Below, in pieces: positions 1 through 11,449 of a stretch of DNA of 64,000 nt. A program made the position numbers and the translations under genes. Location: the NCBI GenBank assembly GCA_963677895.2, contig CAXXGJ010000006.1:224001-288000 (forward strand). The letters are read 5' to 3'. Below the pieces are notes generated by a model, which was not told the origin of the DNA, made no database searches, and saw only the letters and a list, made by a program, of their open reading frames with translations. Positions within the stretch are counted from its first letter, which is position 1. The number at the start of each line of letters is the position of its first letter. Source of the stretch: Treponemataceae bacterium. GTDB taxonomy: Bacteria; Spirochaetota; Spirochaetia; Treponematales; Rectinemataceae.

Positions 1-982
1 GAAGAACGTCGTCGGAACCGGCCCTTTCATGCTGAAGGAATGGACCCCCGACAACTCCATGACTCTGGTGAAGAACCCCGACTACTTCGAGAAGGGCGTG
101 CCCTACCTCGACAAAGTCATCTTTAGGATCATCCCCGAGCAGGCCTCCCTCCTCGCCGGCGTCAAGTCGGGAACCCTCGACATGGCCACCATCAACGACG
201 GATCCACCATCATGCTCGCCAAGCGGGACTCGAACCTCGTCGTCATGCAGAAACCAGGCGTCAACGTCAGAACCTTCGGCTTCAACGTCACGCACAAACC
301 CTTCGACGATGAACGCGTCCGCCAGGCCGTCTCCCTCGCGATCGACAGAAACGAAGTCGTGGCCGTGGCCGAATTCGGCATGGGCATGGCCTCGGGCCCG
401 ATCCCCGTCTCCGCCACGCAGTGGGCCCTCCCCCTCTCCAAGATTCCCTACTCCACGCCCGACTACGCCAAGGCCAAGGCTCTTCTCGCCCAGGCCGGCT
501 ATCCCAACGGATTCACCTTCAAGATCGTCACCGCCAACTCCTACGAGGGCGGACTCTCGGTAGCCCAGGTCATCCAGGACCAGCTCAAGAAAATCGGCGT
601 CACCGCCGAGCTCGAAGTCGTCGAATGGGGCATCTACATCGACCGCTGGGTGAAACGCACCTTTGACGCGATGGTCGAACTCCGCGGCGGCTCCAGCGAG
701 CCCGACCGCTTCCTCTACAGGATGATCCACTCCACCGGCGGCGTGAACAATTTCGTGTTCAAGGACGCCGAAGTGGACGCCCTCCTCGACAAAGGCCGCG
801 CCCTCACGAAAGTGTCCGATCGCAAGCCCATCTACGACCAGCTGCAGATTGCCCTCGCCACGAAGGCACCGATCATTTTCCTGTACTGCCCCCTCGAAAC
901 TCACGTCGTGAGCAAGAGCGTGAAGGGATTCAAGCAAGTCGGAAACGGAAGCCTCTATTACCTCACCTACGCCCAGAAATGA
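1..982 (+). CDS. Peptide/nickel ABC transporter substrate-binding protein (family 5), 5'-truncated by window edge
   Basis: Frame is open from the window start (VVGTGPFMLKEW); PFDDERVRQAVSLAIDR and AKAKALLAQAGY motifs; followed by dppBCDF-like genes. Confidence 0.9.
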   Translation, partial: KNVVGTGPFMLKEWTPDNSMTLVKNPDYFEKGVPYLDKVIFRIIPEQASLLAGVKSGTLDMATINDGSTIMLAKRDSNLVVMQKPGVNVRTFGFNVTHKPFDDERVRQAVSLAIDRNEVVAVAEFGMGMASGPIPVSATQWALPLSKIPYSTPDYAKAKALLAQAGYPNGFTFKIVTANSYEGGLSVAQVIQDQLKKIGVTAELEVVEWGIYIDRWVKRTFDAMVELRGGSSEPDRFLYRMIHSTGGVNNFVFKDAEVDALLDKGRALTKVSDRKPIYDQLQIALATKAPIIFLYCPLETHVVSKSVKGFKQVGNGSLYYLTYAQK

Positions 983-988
983 GCGTTA

Positions 989-1019
989 AAATCGCATAAC
1001 GCGACGCGTTATGCGATTT
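989..1019. repeat. Perfect 15-bp inverted repeat between the SBP and permease genes (stem-loop, likely mRNA stabiliser or attenuator)
   Basis: AAATCGCATAACGCG-A-CGCGTTATGCGATTT; a second hairpin CGGGAACC...GGTTCCCG follows at about 1026-1057. Confidence 0.75.
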
Positions 1020-1092
1020 GTTTACCGGGAACCTCGCGGCATTACGCGGGGTTCCCGATTCTCTCATCTACATTCTTGCATTGGGGCTCATA

Positions 1093-2055
1093 ATGGGAAG
1101 ATATATCGTCAGGCGGCTTTTATCCCTGATACCGGTACTCCTCGGCGTATCGATCATCGTGTTCTTTCTCGTCCGTCTCATACCGGGATCGTCGCTGCAG
1201 ATGTATCTCGGAACTCAGGTGGAAACGACGCCCGAGCAGATGGTGGAACTAAAACGCATTTTCGGCGAGGACAAACCAGTGCCCGTGCTCTACGTCGAAT
1301 GGCTGGGCAGGGTCCTCAGGGGCGACTTCGGCTATTCGCTGCGCACGAGCAGGCCCATCCTGCCCGATATCCTGCAGCGGCTTCCCTTGAGCATAGAGAT
1401 AACCATTTTCGCCCTGATTCTCGCGCTCGCGATCGGCATACCCCTCGGCATACTGTCCGCGATCAAGCAGCATCCTTTCACCGATGTTCTCATCCGCGTC
1501 GCCGGCCTTCTGGGACTGTCCCTGCCGCAGTTCTGGCTCGCCTCCCTCATGGTGATAGCCTTTTCGAACTTCCGCGGATGGATTCCCATGGGCAACTACG
1601 TGAGTTTTTTCAGCGCGCCGCTTCAGAACATCAGAATGCTCTTCTTTCCGTCGCTGGCCATAGGGATAGGCCTCGCCGCCGTCATCATGCGCTACACGCG
1701 CAATTCCATGCTCGAAGTGCTGCAGATGGATTACATACGCACGGCCAAGGCGAAAGGGCTCAAGAAGAAGGTCGTCATCGTGAGGCATGCGCTCAGGAAC
1801 GCCATTCTTCCCGTCATCACCGTGGCGGGGTTCAACACCGGTTATCTCCTCGGCGGCGCCATCGTCATCGAGGAAGTGTTCGCTCTTCCCGGCATGGGAA
1901 GGCTCGCGTTATACGCCATATATCAGCGCGACTATCCGCTCATCCAGGGAATAATACTGCTCATCGCCGCCATGTTCGTTCTCGTGAACCTGGTGACCGA
2001 TCTCATCTATGCGGCGGTGGATCCGCGCATCCGGCTCGACGACGGAGCGAGGTAG
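1093..2055 (+). CDS. Peptide ABC transporter permease (DppB/OppB-like)
   Basis: YIVRRLL start, GDFGYS, EAA loop DYIRTAKAKGL, RDYPLIQG; start placed at ATG 1093. Confidence 0.92.
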   Translation: MGRYIVRRLLSLIPVLLGVSIIVFFLVRLIPGSSLQMYLGTQVETTPEQMVELKRIFGEDKPVPVLYVEWLGRVLRGDFGYSLRTSRPILPDILQRLPLSIEITIFALILALAIGIPLGILSAIKQHPFTDVLIRVAGLLGLSLPQFWLASLMVIAFSNFRGWIPMGNYVSFFSAPLQNIRMLFFPSLAIGIGLAAVIMRYTRNSMLEVLQMDYIRTAKAKGLKKKVVIVRHALRNAILPVITVAGFNTGYLLGGAIVIEEVFALPGMGRLALYAIYQRDYPLIQGIILLIAAMFVLVNLVTDLIYAAVDPRIRLDDGAR

Positions 2056-2058
2056 GAT

Positions 2059-2895
2059 ATGGCCGGAACAAGACTCGGGAAAAACGCGATCGCCCTCACC
2101 GGGCTCGCGATAATCGCCTTCTACATCGCCGTCATCGTCGTCGCGCTTTTCTGGCTGCCCTACGACCCCGTGGCCATGAGCCCGGCGCACATGCTGGAAG
2201 CGCCTTCGATCAAAACGGGACACCTCTTCGGCACCGATGAGTTCGGTCGCGATATATTGTCGCGGATTATGCAGGGATGTTCGGTTTCGCTGATCATTTC
2301 CGTCAGCGCCACGCTCATGGGCGCCGTGATCGGCACTCTCATGGGCATCTGGGCCGGATTCCTCGGCGGGAAATGGGACCAGTTCATCATGCGCATAGCC
2401 GACATCCTTTTCTCCTTCCCTTCGCTCCTCCTCGCGATATTCATCATGGGTATCCTCGGAGAAAAAACGTACAACGTCATCATAGCGATAGGAATCGTCT
2501 ACATACCGCAGTTCGCGAGGGTGAGCAGAGGCGCGATAATAACGCTGAAGAGCAGCGAATTCGTTCGCGCCGCCTTCTCCAACGGCGCCGGAAGAAGTTA
2601 TGTGCTTTTCAAGCACCTTCTTCCGAACATAATGATGCCGCTCATCGTCCAGGTTTCGCTTTCGCTCAGCGTGGCTATCCTTCTCGAATCGGCCCTGAGC
2701 TTCCTGGGCCTCGGCATCCAGCCGCCCTATCCGTCCTGGGGCAACATGCTTTCGAGCGCGCGGAAATTCATGATGCTCGCGCCATGGACGGCGATTTATC
2801 CCGGCATAGCGATCAGCTTCCTGGTGCTCGGCTTCAACCTGCTGGGCGACGGGCTGCGCGACATCCTCGATCCGCGCCTGCGGAACGTGAAGTGA
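2059..2895 (+). CDS. Peptide ABC transporter permease (DppC/OppC-like)
   Basis: HLFGTDEFGRDILSR, ESALSFLGLG, PSWGNML, FNLLGDGLRDILDPR. Confidence 0.92.
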   Translation: MAGTRLGKNAIALTGLAIIAFYIAVIVVALFWLPYDPVAMSPAHMLEAPSIKTGHLFGTDEFGRDILSRIMQGCSVSLIISVSATLMGAVIGTLMGIWAGFLGGKWDQFIMRIADILFSFPSLLLAIFIMGILGEKTYNVIIAIGIVYIPQFARVSRGAIITLKSSEFVRAAFSNGAGRSYVLFKHLLPNIMMPLIVQVSLSLSVAILLESALSFLGLGIQPPYPSWGNMLSSARKFMMLAPWTAIYPGIAISFLVLGFNLLGDGLRDILDPRLRNVK

Positions 2896-2905
2896 GGGGC
2901 GGGAT

Positions 2906-3923
<1,018 letters not shown>

Positions 3924-3934
<11 letters not shown>

Positions 3935-4946
3935 ATCACTTGATAGATCGCGCGGCAGCTCGCCGCTCCTCGAAGTGAAGAATCTCAAGGTTTATTTCCC
4001 TATTGAAAAGGGAATCCTGATGCGCCGTCGGGTCGGCTGGCTCAAAGCGGTGGACGATATCAGCTTTTCCCTGAAAAAGGGCGAATCGCTCGGCCTCGTG
4101 GGCGAGTCGGGCTGCGGCAAGTCGACGACGGCGATGGCAATCGCCCAACTTCAGAGCGCGACGGGCGGGGAAATCCTCTTCGAGGGAAAAAATCTCCGCG
4201 CATTGTCGCCCAAAGAGCTGTACGAGGCGCGAAGGAATTTCCAGATCGTCTTCCAGGATCCCTATTCGTCGCTGGATCCGAGGATGAAGGCCGCCGACAT
4301 CATCGCCGAGCCTCTGCGCATCTACGCGAAGCGGGGCGCGCTCAACCTTACCGAAGAGCAGATCAAGGTCAAGACCGCCTCCCTGATGGAAAAGGTGGGG
4401 CTTCTGCCTTCCTTCGGAAGCCGATATCCCCACGAATTCTCGGGCGGCCAGCGGCAGCGCATCGGCATCGCGCGCGCCCTCGCCCTCGAGCCCAAGCTCA
4501 TCATCGCCGACGAGCCGGTGAGCGCCCTCGATGTGTCCATCCAGTCGCAGATTCTCAATCTCCTCAAGGATTTACAGGACGAATTCGATCTCACCTTTCT
4601 TTTCATCGCGCACAATCTCGCTGTCGTGGAGTATTTCTGCTCCAGGATCGTGGTGATGTATCTGGGAACGATAGCGGAGATAGCCGATTCGGCGGTTCTC
4701 TACGAAAAGCCATTGCATCCCTACACTCGCGCGCTTTTATCGGCCGTGCCGATTCCCGATCCACCCAAGGAACGCCTGCGCAAGCGCATCATATTGAAGG
4801 GCGACGTGCCCTCGCCCACGAAGGAAAGGGCCGGCTGTCCCTTCAGGGAACGTTGTTCCGAGGCCATGGAGCGCTGCGCCGCGAGCGCGCCGCCGCTCGT
4901 GGAAGTCGAGGCCGGCCATCAGGTGGCCTGCTTCCTGTATTCATGA
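3924..4946 (+). CDS. Peptide ABC transporter ATP-binding protein (DppF-like)
   Basis: GESGCGKS, FSGGQRQR, IIADEPVS, HPYT, C-terminal Cys motif. Confidence 0.93.
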
Positions 4947-4957
4947 GGAGGGCTACC

Positions 4958-5455
4958 ATGCCGCCGCTTATCGATGACGTAACGTTGGGCGATATAGATT
5001 CCTGCGCGCGCATCGCCTGCGAATCCGAAATTGGAAAGCGCTACGGCTTCGAGCGCGCCGCCCTCGCCGAAAAAATGCGCTCCGGCTTAGCCTCGGGCGC
5101 CATCATCGTGGCCGCCCGCGACGGCGCCGGAACGCTCGACGCCGGCGGCGCCGCCCCGCGCGGCGTTCTCGGCTTTGCCTGGATCGATCCGCGCGGGGCT
5201 TTCGGATCCGCGCCTTATCTGAAGCTCATAGCCGTCGACAAGAACAAACGGTCAGGCGGCGTCGGTTCGGCGCTTCTTGCCGAGTTCGAAAGGCGCACGC
5301 TCGCCATCGGCAAAGTCTGGACGCTTATGGTTTCGGACTTCAATCGGGGCGCCGTTGCCTTCTACGAAAAACATGGGTACTGTAAAGCAGGGGCCATTCC
5401 CGGTTTCGCCGTCGATGGCATCGTGGAGATATTGATGGTAAAGAAAAAGACATGA
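4958..5455 (+). CDS. GNAT family N-acetyltransferase
   Basis: IAVDKNKRSGGVGSALL acetyl-CoA motif, N-x-x-A-x-x-FYEKHGY; RBS GAGGAG before ATG 4958. Confidence 0.85.
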   Translation: MPPLIDDVTLGDIDSCARIACESEIGKRYGFERAALAEKMRSGLASGAIIVAARDGAGTLDAGGAAPRGVLGFAWIDPRGAFGSAPYLKLIAVDKNKRSGGVGSALLAEFERRTLAIGKVWTLMVSDFNRGAVAFYEKHGYCKAGAIPGFAVDGIVEILMVKKKT

Positions 5456-6540
5456 GTGAAGATCAGCTGGCCGGCGCTATAAACGCCATCGCCGAACGCG
5501 CTCTTTCGCGGAAACTCGCCGCGGGACTCGTCGTGAGAATCGAGCGCGGCGGCCAGCCGATTTTTGAACATGCCTACGGATACGCGCTCGTCGCGGCGAA
5601 CCGCCACGATCCCATGACGGCGGGCACGAAATTCGATCTCGCTTCCCTCACGAAACTATTCACCACGACGGCCGCCCTGCGTCTCGCGACGGGGAAAAGG
5701 ATTCCCCTCGACGCGCCGTTGCGCGATATCGAATTTACCGCCAGGATGTCGTCCGGACATCCCCTGCTCGAAAAGGCTTTTTCCACCATCACGGTCAGGA
5801 AGCTGATGACGCATTCGAGCGGCCTGCATTACTGGTATCCATTCTACGCCACGGGCGGCGGCGAATTCGCTTCCATAATGGAAAGCGTTTTGAAGCGCTT
5901 CCCGCTCGGCGGCGAGGTCGTCTATTCCGACCTGAATTACATGCTTCTCGGAAAGATCGTGGAGAACGCGAGCGGATTCCCGCTGAAGGCGGCGTTGCGC
6001 GATATCGTCTGCGGACCGTTGAAGTTGGCTGACACAGGATACAAGCTCGAGCGCGGTCCCTTCGCCGCGACGGAATTCGGCAATCTCATAGAGAAGAAAA
6101 TGGTAGAGGACCTCGGTCTCGTCTTTTCGAGCTGGCGCCCGGACGGCATCCCCCTAGTGGGCGAACCGGACGACGGGAACTGCCACTACTTTTTCAGCGG
6201 CGTGGCCGGCCACGCCGGCGTCTTCTCGACGGCGCGCGACCTCTGCGCGCTGGGCAAGGTGTATCTGGACCCGAACGGCCACAACGGATTCATCTCGCCG
6301 AGCCTTGTCGCGGAAGCCGGCCAGGATCACGGAGGGAATCGCGGTCTTGGATTCCAGCTGGGCGACCTCTATCCGGGCGGCGGCTTCGGCCACACGGGAT
6401 TCACCGGAACCTATCTCTACCTGAACCGCGAATCGCGGCTTGCGGTCGCCATCCTCGCCAACCGCCTCCATGTCGAGGCGCCGCAGAACATCAACGAGTT
6501 GAGGAAAGAGCTCGTCGGCGCGATACTCCGGGAGCTCTGA
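5452..6540 (+). CDS. Serine hydrolase, beta-lactamase/PBP-like family
   Basis: SxxK (ASLTK), YSD, GHTGFTG motifs. Confidence 0.88.
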   Translation: MSEDQLAGAINAIAERALSRKLAAGLVVRIERGGQPIFEHAYGYALVAANRHDPMTAGTKFDLASLTKLFTTTAALRLATGKRIPLDAPLRDIEFTARMSSGHPLLEKAFSTITVRKLMTHSSGLHYWYPFYATGGGEFASIMESVLKRFPLGGEVVYSDLNYMLLGKIVENASGFPLKAALRDIVCGPLKLADTGYKLERGPFAATEFGNLIEKKMVEDLGLVFSSWRPDGIPLVGEPDDGNCHYFFSGVAGHAGVFSTARDLCALGKVYLDPNGHNGFISPSLVAEAGQDHGGNRGLGFQLGDLYPGGGFGHTGFTGTYLYLNRESRLAVAILANRLHVEAPQNINELRKELVGAILREL

Positions 6541-6708
6541 CGGGCCGAAGCCGACCTGAGCGCCTTTTCCCTGTCTTGACGCGCCCTCCCAATTCATGGA
6601 TTCATGTAACGCTCAAAAAAATTCCGTAAAACGGAACGGCGCTCGAGCGCCGCTATAGCCTCACAACATCGACGGCATGTCGCCGTCTCCGCGAAACAAT
6701 CAGGGAGG

Positions 6709-7983
6709 ATGAACATCGTGTACGGTATCGATTTCGGAACCTCCAATACCGTCGTCTCCATCGAATCGGGCGGAAAATCGGAAGTGGTGGATCTGGGCGG
6801 CGGCGAGAAAGTGCTGCCTTCCATCATGTTTTTCGAAAGAGACAAAACTGTCGCGATCGGGACCGAGGGAATACGCGAATATTCGGCGGCTTTGGAGCGG
6901 CACAGGCTTTCGAGGGATCTGTACCGGCACTTTCGGCTTTTCCAAGCCCTGAAGCTCGCGCTCAAGGACGAATATTTCGAAGGTTCCCACGTTTTCGGCA
7001 AATATTGGAGCGGGGAAGCCCTGACCGGCCTCTTTCTCCGCGAAGTGAGACGGAGAGCCGACGCGAGCTGCGGAAAAGCGAGAAGAGAGGTAGTCCTGGG
7101 CAGGCCGGTGCGCCTCGCCGAGACTCCCGAAAAAGACGCGCTTATCCAGAAACGCTTCGAGGACGCCTGCCGCCTCGCGGGATTCGAGGAGGTGCATTTC
7201 GTCAAGGAACCGGTCGCGGCGATGGCGAGCCTCATCGGAGACGTCAAAGGATGCACGCTCGTGTTCGATTTCGGCGGCGGCACGCTGGACATCACCGTGG
7301 CGAGACTCCTGGACGATGGCATCGAGATCCTCTCGAGCGAAGGCGCCAACCTGGGCGGCTATATCTTGGACGAAGACCTCTCGCGCGGCCGCATCATCAA
7401 GCACTTCGGCTACGGCGGTCACATCAGGACGATGACGGGAAAGAGTCTCGAGATCCCGCGCTGGATCACCAATCAGGTGGCCTCATTCTACGCGCTTCCC
7501 CTTGGCGACGTGGTCAAGACGAAGCAGACTATCCAGGATCTGATGTACGACGCCGACAGGAAATCGGAACTCAAAGGCCTCATCGAGTTCCTGGACAGAA
7601 ACCTCGCCTTCGGTCTCTTCGGGAAGATCGACGACGCCAAGATCGCGCTATCCTCGCGGGACGCGGCATCGGTCGAATTCGACGTGCCGCCCCATATCGC
7701 CCTTAGAGAGAAGATCAGCAGAAGCGATTTCGAGCAAATCATCGGAAAGAGGGTGCTCGCCGCCGAAGCTCTGGTGCTCAAGGCTGTCGCCGAGGCGGGC
7801 ATCGAGACGGAAGCCGTCAGCCATGTCATAAGGGTGGGAGGTTCCTGCAGAATCCCCGCTTTCGTGAGAATGCTCGAAAGGAATTTTCCAGGCAAAGTAC
7901 GCGAAGGCGAGGTCTACACCAGCATTTCGGCCGGTCTGTTGAGAGCGTGGCGTCTAGGGCTCAGCTGCGATCGGCAAGGCTAG
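6709..7983 (+). CDS. Hsp70-family (YegD-like) ATPase lacking the substrate-binding domain
   Basis: GIDFGTSN, EPVAA, DFGGGTLD, VGGS actin/Hsp70 motifs; 424 aa. Confidence 0.85.
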   Translation: MNIVYGIDFGTSNTVVSIESGGKSEVVDLGGGEKVLPSIMFFERDKTVAIGTEGIREYSAALERHRLSRDLYRHFRLFQALKLALKDEYFEGSHVFGKYWSGEALTGLFLREVRRRADASCGKARREVVLGRPVRLAETPEKDALIQKRFEDACRLAGFEEVHFVKEPVAAMASLIGDVKGCTLVFDFGGGTLDITVARLLDDGIEILSSEGANLGGYILDEDLSRGRIIKHFGYGGHIRTMTGKSLEIPRWITNQVASFYALPLGDVVKTKQTIQDLMYDADRKSELKGLIEFLDRNLAFGLFGKIDDAKIALSSRDAASVEFDVPPHIALREKISRSDFEQIIGKRVLAAEALVLKAVAEAGIETEAVSHVIRVGGSCRIPAFVRMLERNFPGKVREGEVYTSISAGLLRAWRLGLSCDRQG

Positions 7984-7991
7984 AATCCGTT

Positions 7992-8492
7992 CTAGAATTT
8001 GTAGCCGAATCTTCTGAGCATCGCCTTGCGGTCCGCCTTGTCGGAATCGCCTTCAACCCCGAGCGGGGAAGACCCATCTATCACGCCGAGAATGCCGGCT
8101 CCCTGTTCTGTCCTCGCGCGCACAACCTGCAGCGCGTTGGCGGTGGCGCAGAAAATCCCGCAGACTTCGGGACAGGCCTTTATGCGATCCAGGACATTGA
8201 TGGGATACGTACCGGGGCCCAGGACGAGATAAAAGCTGTGCCCGGCGCCCACCGCCAGGGCGCAATCCACCGCGCTTTTCACCAAGGCCGGATCGGTACC
8301 CTCGGATCGCACGAGGCAGACGCCCGACGCTTCGTTGAAGGCCAGTCCATACTTGGCGCCGGGCGCTGAATTGGCCATTATTTCGGCTATATCCTCCACG
8401 GTCTTGATGAAATGCGACTGTCCGACGACGATATTGCAGTCGGCGGGTATCTGAAGTTGAACGATATCGAGTTCCACGGCTTTCTCCTTCAT
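7992..8492 (-). CDS. Adenosine-specific kinase family protein (DUF355)
   Basis: GQSHFIKTVED, AFNEASG, FCATAN, GVIDG motifs. Confidence 0.85.
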   Translation of the reverse strand: MKEKAVELDIVQLQIPADCNIVVGQSHFIKTVEDIAEIMANSAPGAKYGLAFNEASGVCLVRSEGTDPALVKSAVDCALAVGAGHSFYLVLGPGTYPINVLDRIKACPEVCGIFCATANALQVVRARTEQGAGILGVIDGSSPLGVEGDSDKADRKAMLRRFGYKF

Positions 8493-9289
8493 TCTTCCTG
8501 GACTTCTTTATGAACGGGCCGGCCCACGGGGGCGGCGTACATGGCGAACATATCCTCGCCGTCCAGTCCGAGATACGCGTCGAGCTTTTTCTGGTCGTAG
8601 GCGCCCACGGCGCAGGTTCCTAAGCCCAAGGCTTCGCATGCGAGATAGAGATTCTGGCAGGAATGGCCGGCGTCCAGGGCCACGAGCTTGTCGGCCGCCT
8701 TGCCGTAGCGCCATTCGCTCCTGTAGGGAACGGCCGCCCAGAGAATGACGCAGGATGAATTCCGCAGCTGGTCCATGAGGGCTTCGTTGAGCGATTCTGA
8801 ATCGTCGCCCTCCCTTTCGAGCACAAGGGAATGTTCCAGCGGGAGATAGCGGTAAAGCCCGGGCTTGAGTCCATCGATCCTGCGAGCGGAAACATAGAGA
8901 TCCAGGGGGTGCCTGGCGCCGCCCGATGGCGTCGTCCTGAAGGAAAATTTTCCCCTGTTCTCGCGCACGCCTTCGCAGGACCATAGAAGATAGGAAAGCT
9001 CCGCGAGTGAAAGCGGCGCTGTTTCGAAAACGCGCCTCGATTTGCGGCTTTTCAGCAAGCGATGGAGGGTTGGCGCCGCCATTATTGGCGCCGCCTGTTT
9101 TCCATCGACGCTTTCCCGTTCCGCGTAGACTTCCTCCACGGGAGGAAGCGTCACGACGCTGTCGTCGGATTCGGGAGGAGTCTCCTGGAGGGGAGCGGGC
9201 AGTCCTTTCGACTGGTCGGAAACCGTTTCCTTGACGAGCTGCCAGTTGGATTTCAGGAAATGTCTTCCCTGAAGGTATCGGTCATCCAT
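8489..9289 (-). CDS. SagB/ThcOx-type nitroreductase-fold oxidoreductase
   Basis: RKSRR, RTTPSGGARHP, LDAGHSCQNLYL. Confidence 0.85.
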   Translation of the reverse strand: MDDRYLQGRHFLKSNWQLVKETVSDQSKGLPAPLQETPPESDDSVVTLPPVEEVYAERESVDGKQAAPIMAAPTLHRLLKSRKSRRVFETAPLSLAELSYLLWSCEGVRENRGKFSFRTTPSGGARHPLDLYVSARRIDGLKPGLYRYLPLEHSLVLEREGDDSESLNEALMDQLRNSSCVILWAAVPYRSEWRYGKAADKLVALDAGHSCQNLYLACEALGLGTCAVGAYDQKKLDAYLGLDGEDMFAMYAAPVGRPVHKEVQEE

Positions 9290-9740
9290 TGTTCTTTCCT
9301 TGAAACAGAATCGTTTCTATGTAGTCCACCGCGTCGGCCACAATCCTGTTGCACACCTTGTCGCTCAGGCCGCCCGCCTTCACCGCCGCTTGGCCTTCGT
9401 CGGTCCATAGGTCGGCGCCGCCGAGAAGGACGCGGCACTGGGTCGATCCATACCTCGTTTCCATCTCCGCCACGAATTTCGCGACCGCCCCGTAGGTATT
9501 CATCTTTCCGTCCTGGTCCGATCCTTCTTCGCTTCCCATGGCGAGCGAGAGGGCAAGGACGCCGCCGCTGATCGCCCCGCAGGTGAGTCCCATCCTGCCC
9601 ATGCCGCCGCCCAAGCCCGTCGAGATCTTGTGCGCGAGGCGCTCATCCATGCCGAAATCGGCGGCGAATACGGTAAACACCGCCTGAGAACAAGAAGAAC
9701 CGCCGCCATGCAATGCCACCGCCCGTTCCGCTCTGGTCAT
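9282..9740 (-). CDS. C-GCAxxG-C-C family putative redox protein
   Basis: CSQAV, GGGMG..TCGAISG, STQC, VC; start chosen at ATG 9740. Confidence 0.85.
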   Translation of the reverse strand: MTRAERAVALHGGGSSCSQAVFTVFAADFGMDERLAHKISTGLGGGMGRMGLTCGAISGGVLALSLAMGSEEGSDQDGKMNTYGAVAKFVAEMETRYGSTQCRVLLGGADLWTDEGQAAVKAGGLSDKVCNRIVADAVDYIETILFQGKNNG

Positions 9741-9853
9741 ATGTTTCCTCGCTGATGTATCGACTTCAGCCACTGTTATACTACCATCCATGAGGCTCAG
9801 GCAATCGCGGCGCCATTCCGGCCTTATCGATACGAACGCGCCGTCGTCTCAGC

Positions 9854-11344
9854 CTATCGATACGAACGCGCCGCTTTCACCGCCTTCTCCCAGCCCGACA
9901 CGAGGCGGCTCCTCGTCCCACCGTCCATCTCCGGCCTGAATTCCCGGCGCTTTCTCCAATTCTTCTTCACGTCGTCCAGCCCCGACCAGTAACCCGCGGC
10001 GAGACCGGCCATGTAGGCGGCGCCCAGGGCGGTGGTCTCGGTGACTTCGGGCAGGACGACATTCCGCTCGGTGATATCGGCCTGGAACTGCATCAGGAAG
10101 GAGTTGGCCGAAGCGCCGCCGTCGGCTTTTATGCTCGCAAGCCTGCGGCCTGAATCCTTTTCCATGGCGTCGAGAAGATCGCGCGACTCATAGGCGATCG
10201 CTTCCAGGGCCGCGCGCACGAAATGCGCCCTCGTCGTGCCCCTTGTGATGCCCACAACGGTTCCGCGTACCTCCGAATCCCAATAAGGCGCTCCCAGGCC
10301 GACGAACGCGGGGACCAGGTAGACTCCGCCCGTGTCCGGCACGGAGCGGGCGAGTTCTTCGCTCTCGCTCGACTGGGCCAGAAGGCCCATCTGGTCGCGT
10401 AACCACTGGATGACGGCGCCCGCGATGAAAACCGAGCCCTCGAGGGCGTAGGTGTAGCCCTTGCCGAGATCCCAGGCCACGGTCGTGAGGAGGTTGTGCT
10501 CCGAAACGACAGGGAAGGGGCCCGCGTTCATAAGGGTGAAACAGCCAGTGCCGTAAGTGTTCTTGGCCTCCCCGGGCTCGAAGCAGGCGTGGCCGAAAAG
10601 GGCAGCCTGCTGATCGCCCGCGACGCCCGTAACGGGAATCGCGGTTCCGAAAAGCTCAGCGCGCGCGGTCCCGAAGAACCCCGAACTGGGCAGCACCTCA
10701 GGTAGAATGGAGCGCGGCACGCCGAGCAGTTTCAGGAGATCGTCATCCCATGTCCGTTTTCTAATATCGAAGAGGAGCGTACGGCTCGCGTTGGTGGGGT
10801 CGGTGGCGTGGCGTCCGGTAAGGCGGTAGATAAGCCAGGAATCTATGGTGCCGAACATGAGTTCGCCGCGCTCGGCACGCACGCGCAGGTCGGGACGCTC
10901 CCTGAACAGCCAAGTGAGCTTGGTGCCCGAAAAATAGGCGTCCAGCACGAGGCCGGTCTTTTCGCGTATTTCCGGCTCGGCCCCTGCCGCCCGCAGCTCG
11001 TCGCATATGCCCGACGAACGCCTGCACTGCCAGACAATGGCGTTGTACACGGGTTTGCCGGTATCGCGCTCCCAGAGCACCGTCGTCTCGCGCTGGTTCG
11101 TGATGCCTATGGCGAGTATCTGGTCGCTTTCGATCTGGGCCGCCGCGATGGCGCCGCGCGCCGCCTCGAGCTGGGTCGTCCAGATTTCCTCGGGGTCGTG
11201 CTCGACCCAACCCGGCTTGGGAAATATCTGATTGAAGGGAATCTGCTTGACGCCGATGATGATGCCGTCATGGTTGAATAAAATCGCCCTCGAAGAGGTC
11301 GTGCCCTGATCCAGGGCAAGAATATACTGTTCTTTTGTCGACAT
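9854..11344 (-). CDS. glpK: Glycerol kinase
   Basis: ILALDQGTTSSR, ITNQRETT, GDQQAALFG, KNTYGTGCF, GLGAPYW; real start MSTKEQY at 11344. Confidence 0.96.
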   Translation of the reverse strand: MSTKEQYILALDQGTTSSRAILFNHDGIIIGVKQIPFNQIFPKPGWVEHDPEEIWTTQLEAARGAIAAAQIESDQILAIGITNQRETTVLWERDTGKPVYNAIVWQCRRSSGICDELRAAGAEPEIREKTGLVLDAYFSGTKLTWLFRERPDLRVRAERGELMFGTIDSWLIYRLTGRHATDPTNASRTLLFDIRKRTWDDDLLKLLGVPRSILPEVLPSSGFFGTARAELFGTAIPVTGVAGDQQAALFGHACFEPGEAKNTYGTGCFTLMNAGPFPVVSEHNLLTTVAWDLGKGYTYALEGSVFIAGAVIQWLRDQMGLLAQSSESEELARSVPDTGGVYLVPAFVGLGAPYWDSEVRGTVVGITRGTTRAHFVRAALEAIAYESRDLLDAMEKDSGRRLASIKADGGASANSFLMQFQADITERNVVLPEVTETTALGAAYMAGLAAGYWSGLDDVKKNWRKRREFRPEMDGGTRSRLVSGWEKAVKAARSYR

Positions 11345-11449
11345 GGATGTAGTATACTCCGGAAACGAAGAACGTGAAACGCCGAAAACGGCAGCGCGGC
11401 GGCCTTGAAAGTGGTATGGCCGCATGCCGGTTTCATCCTGGGGGAAGCC

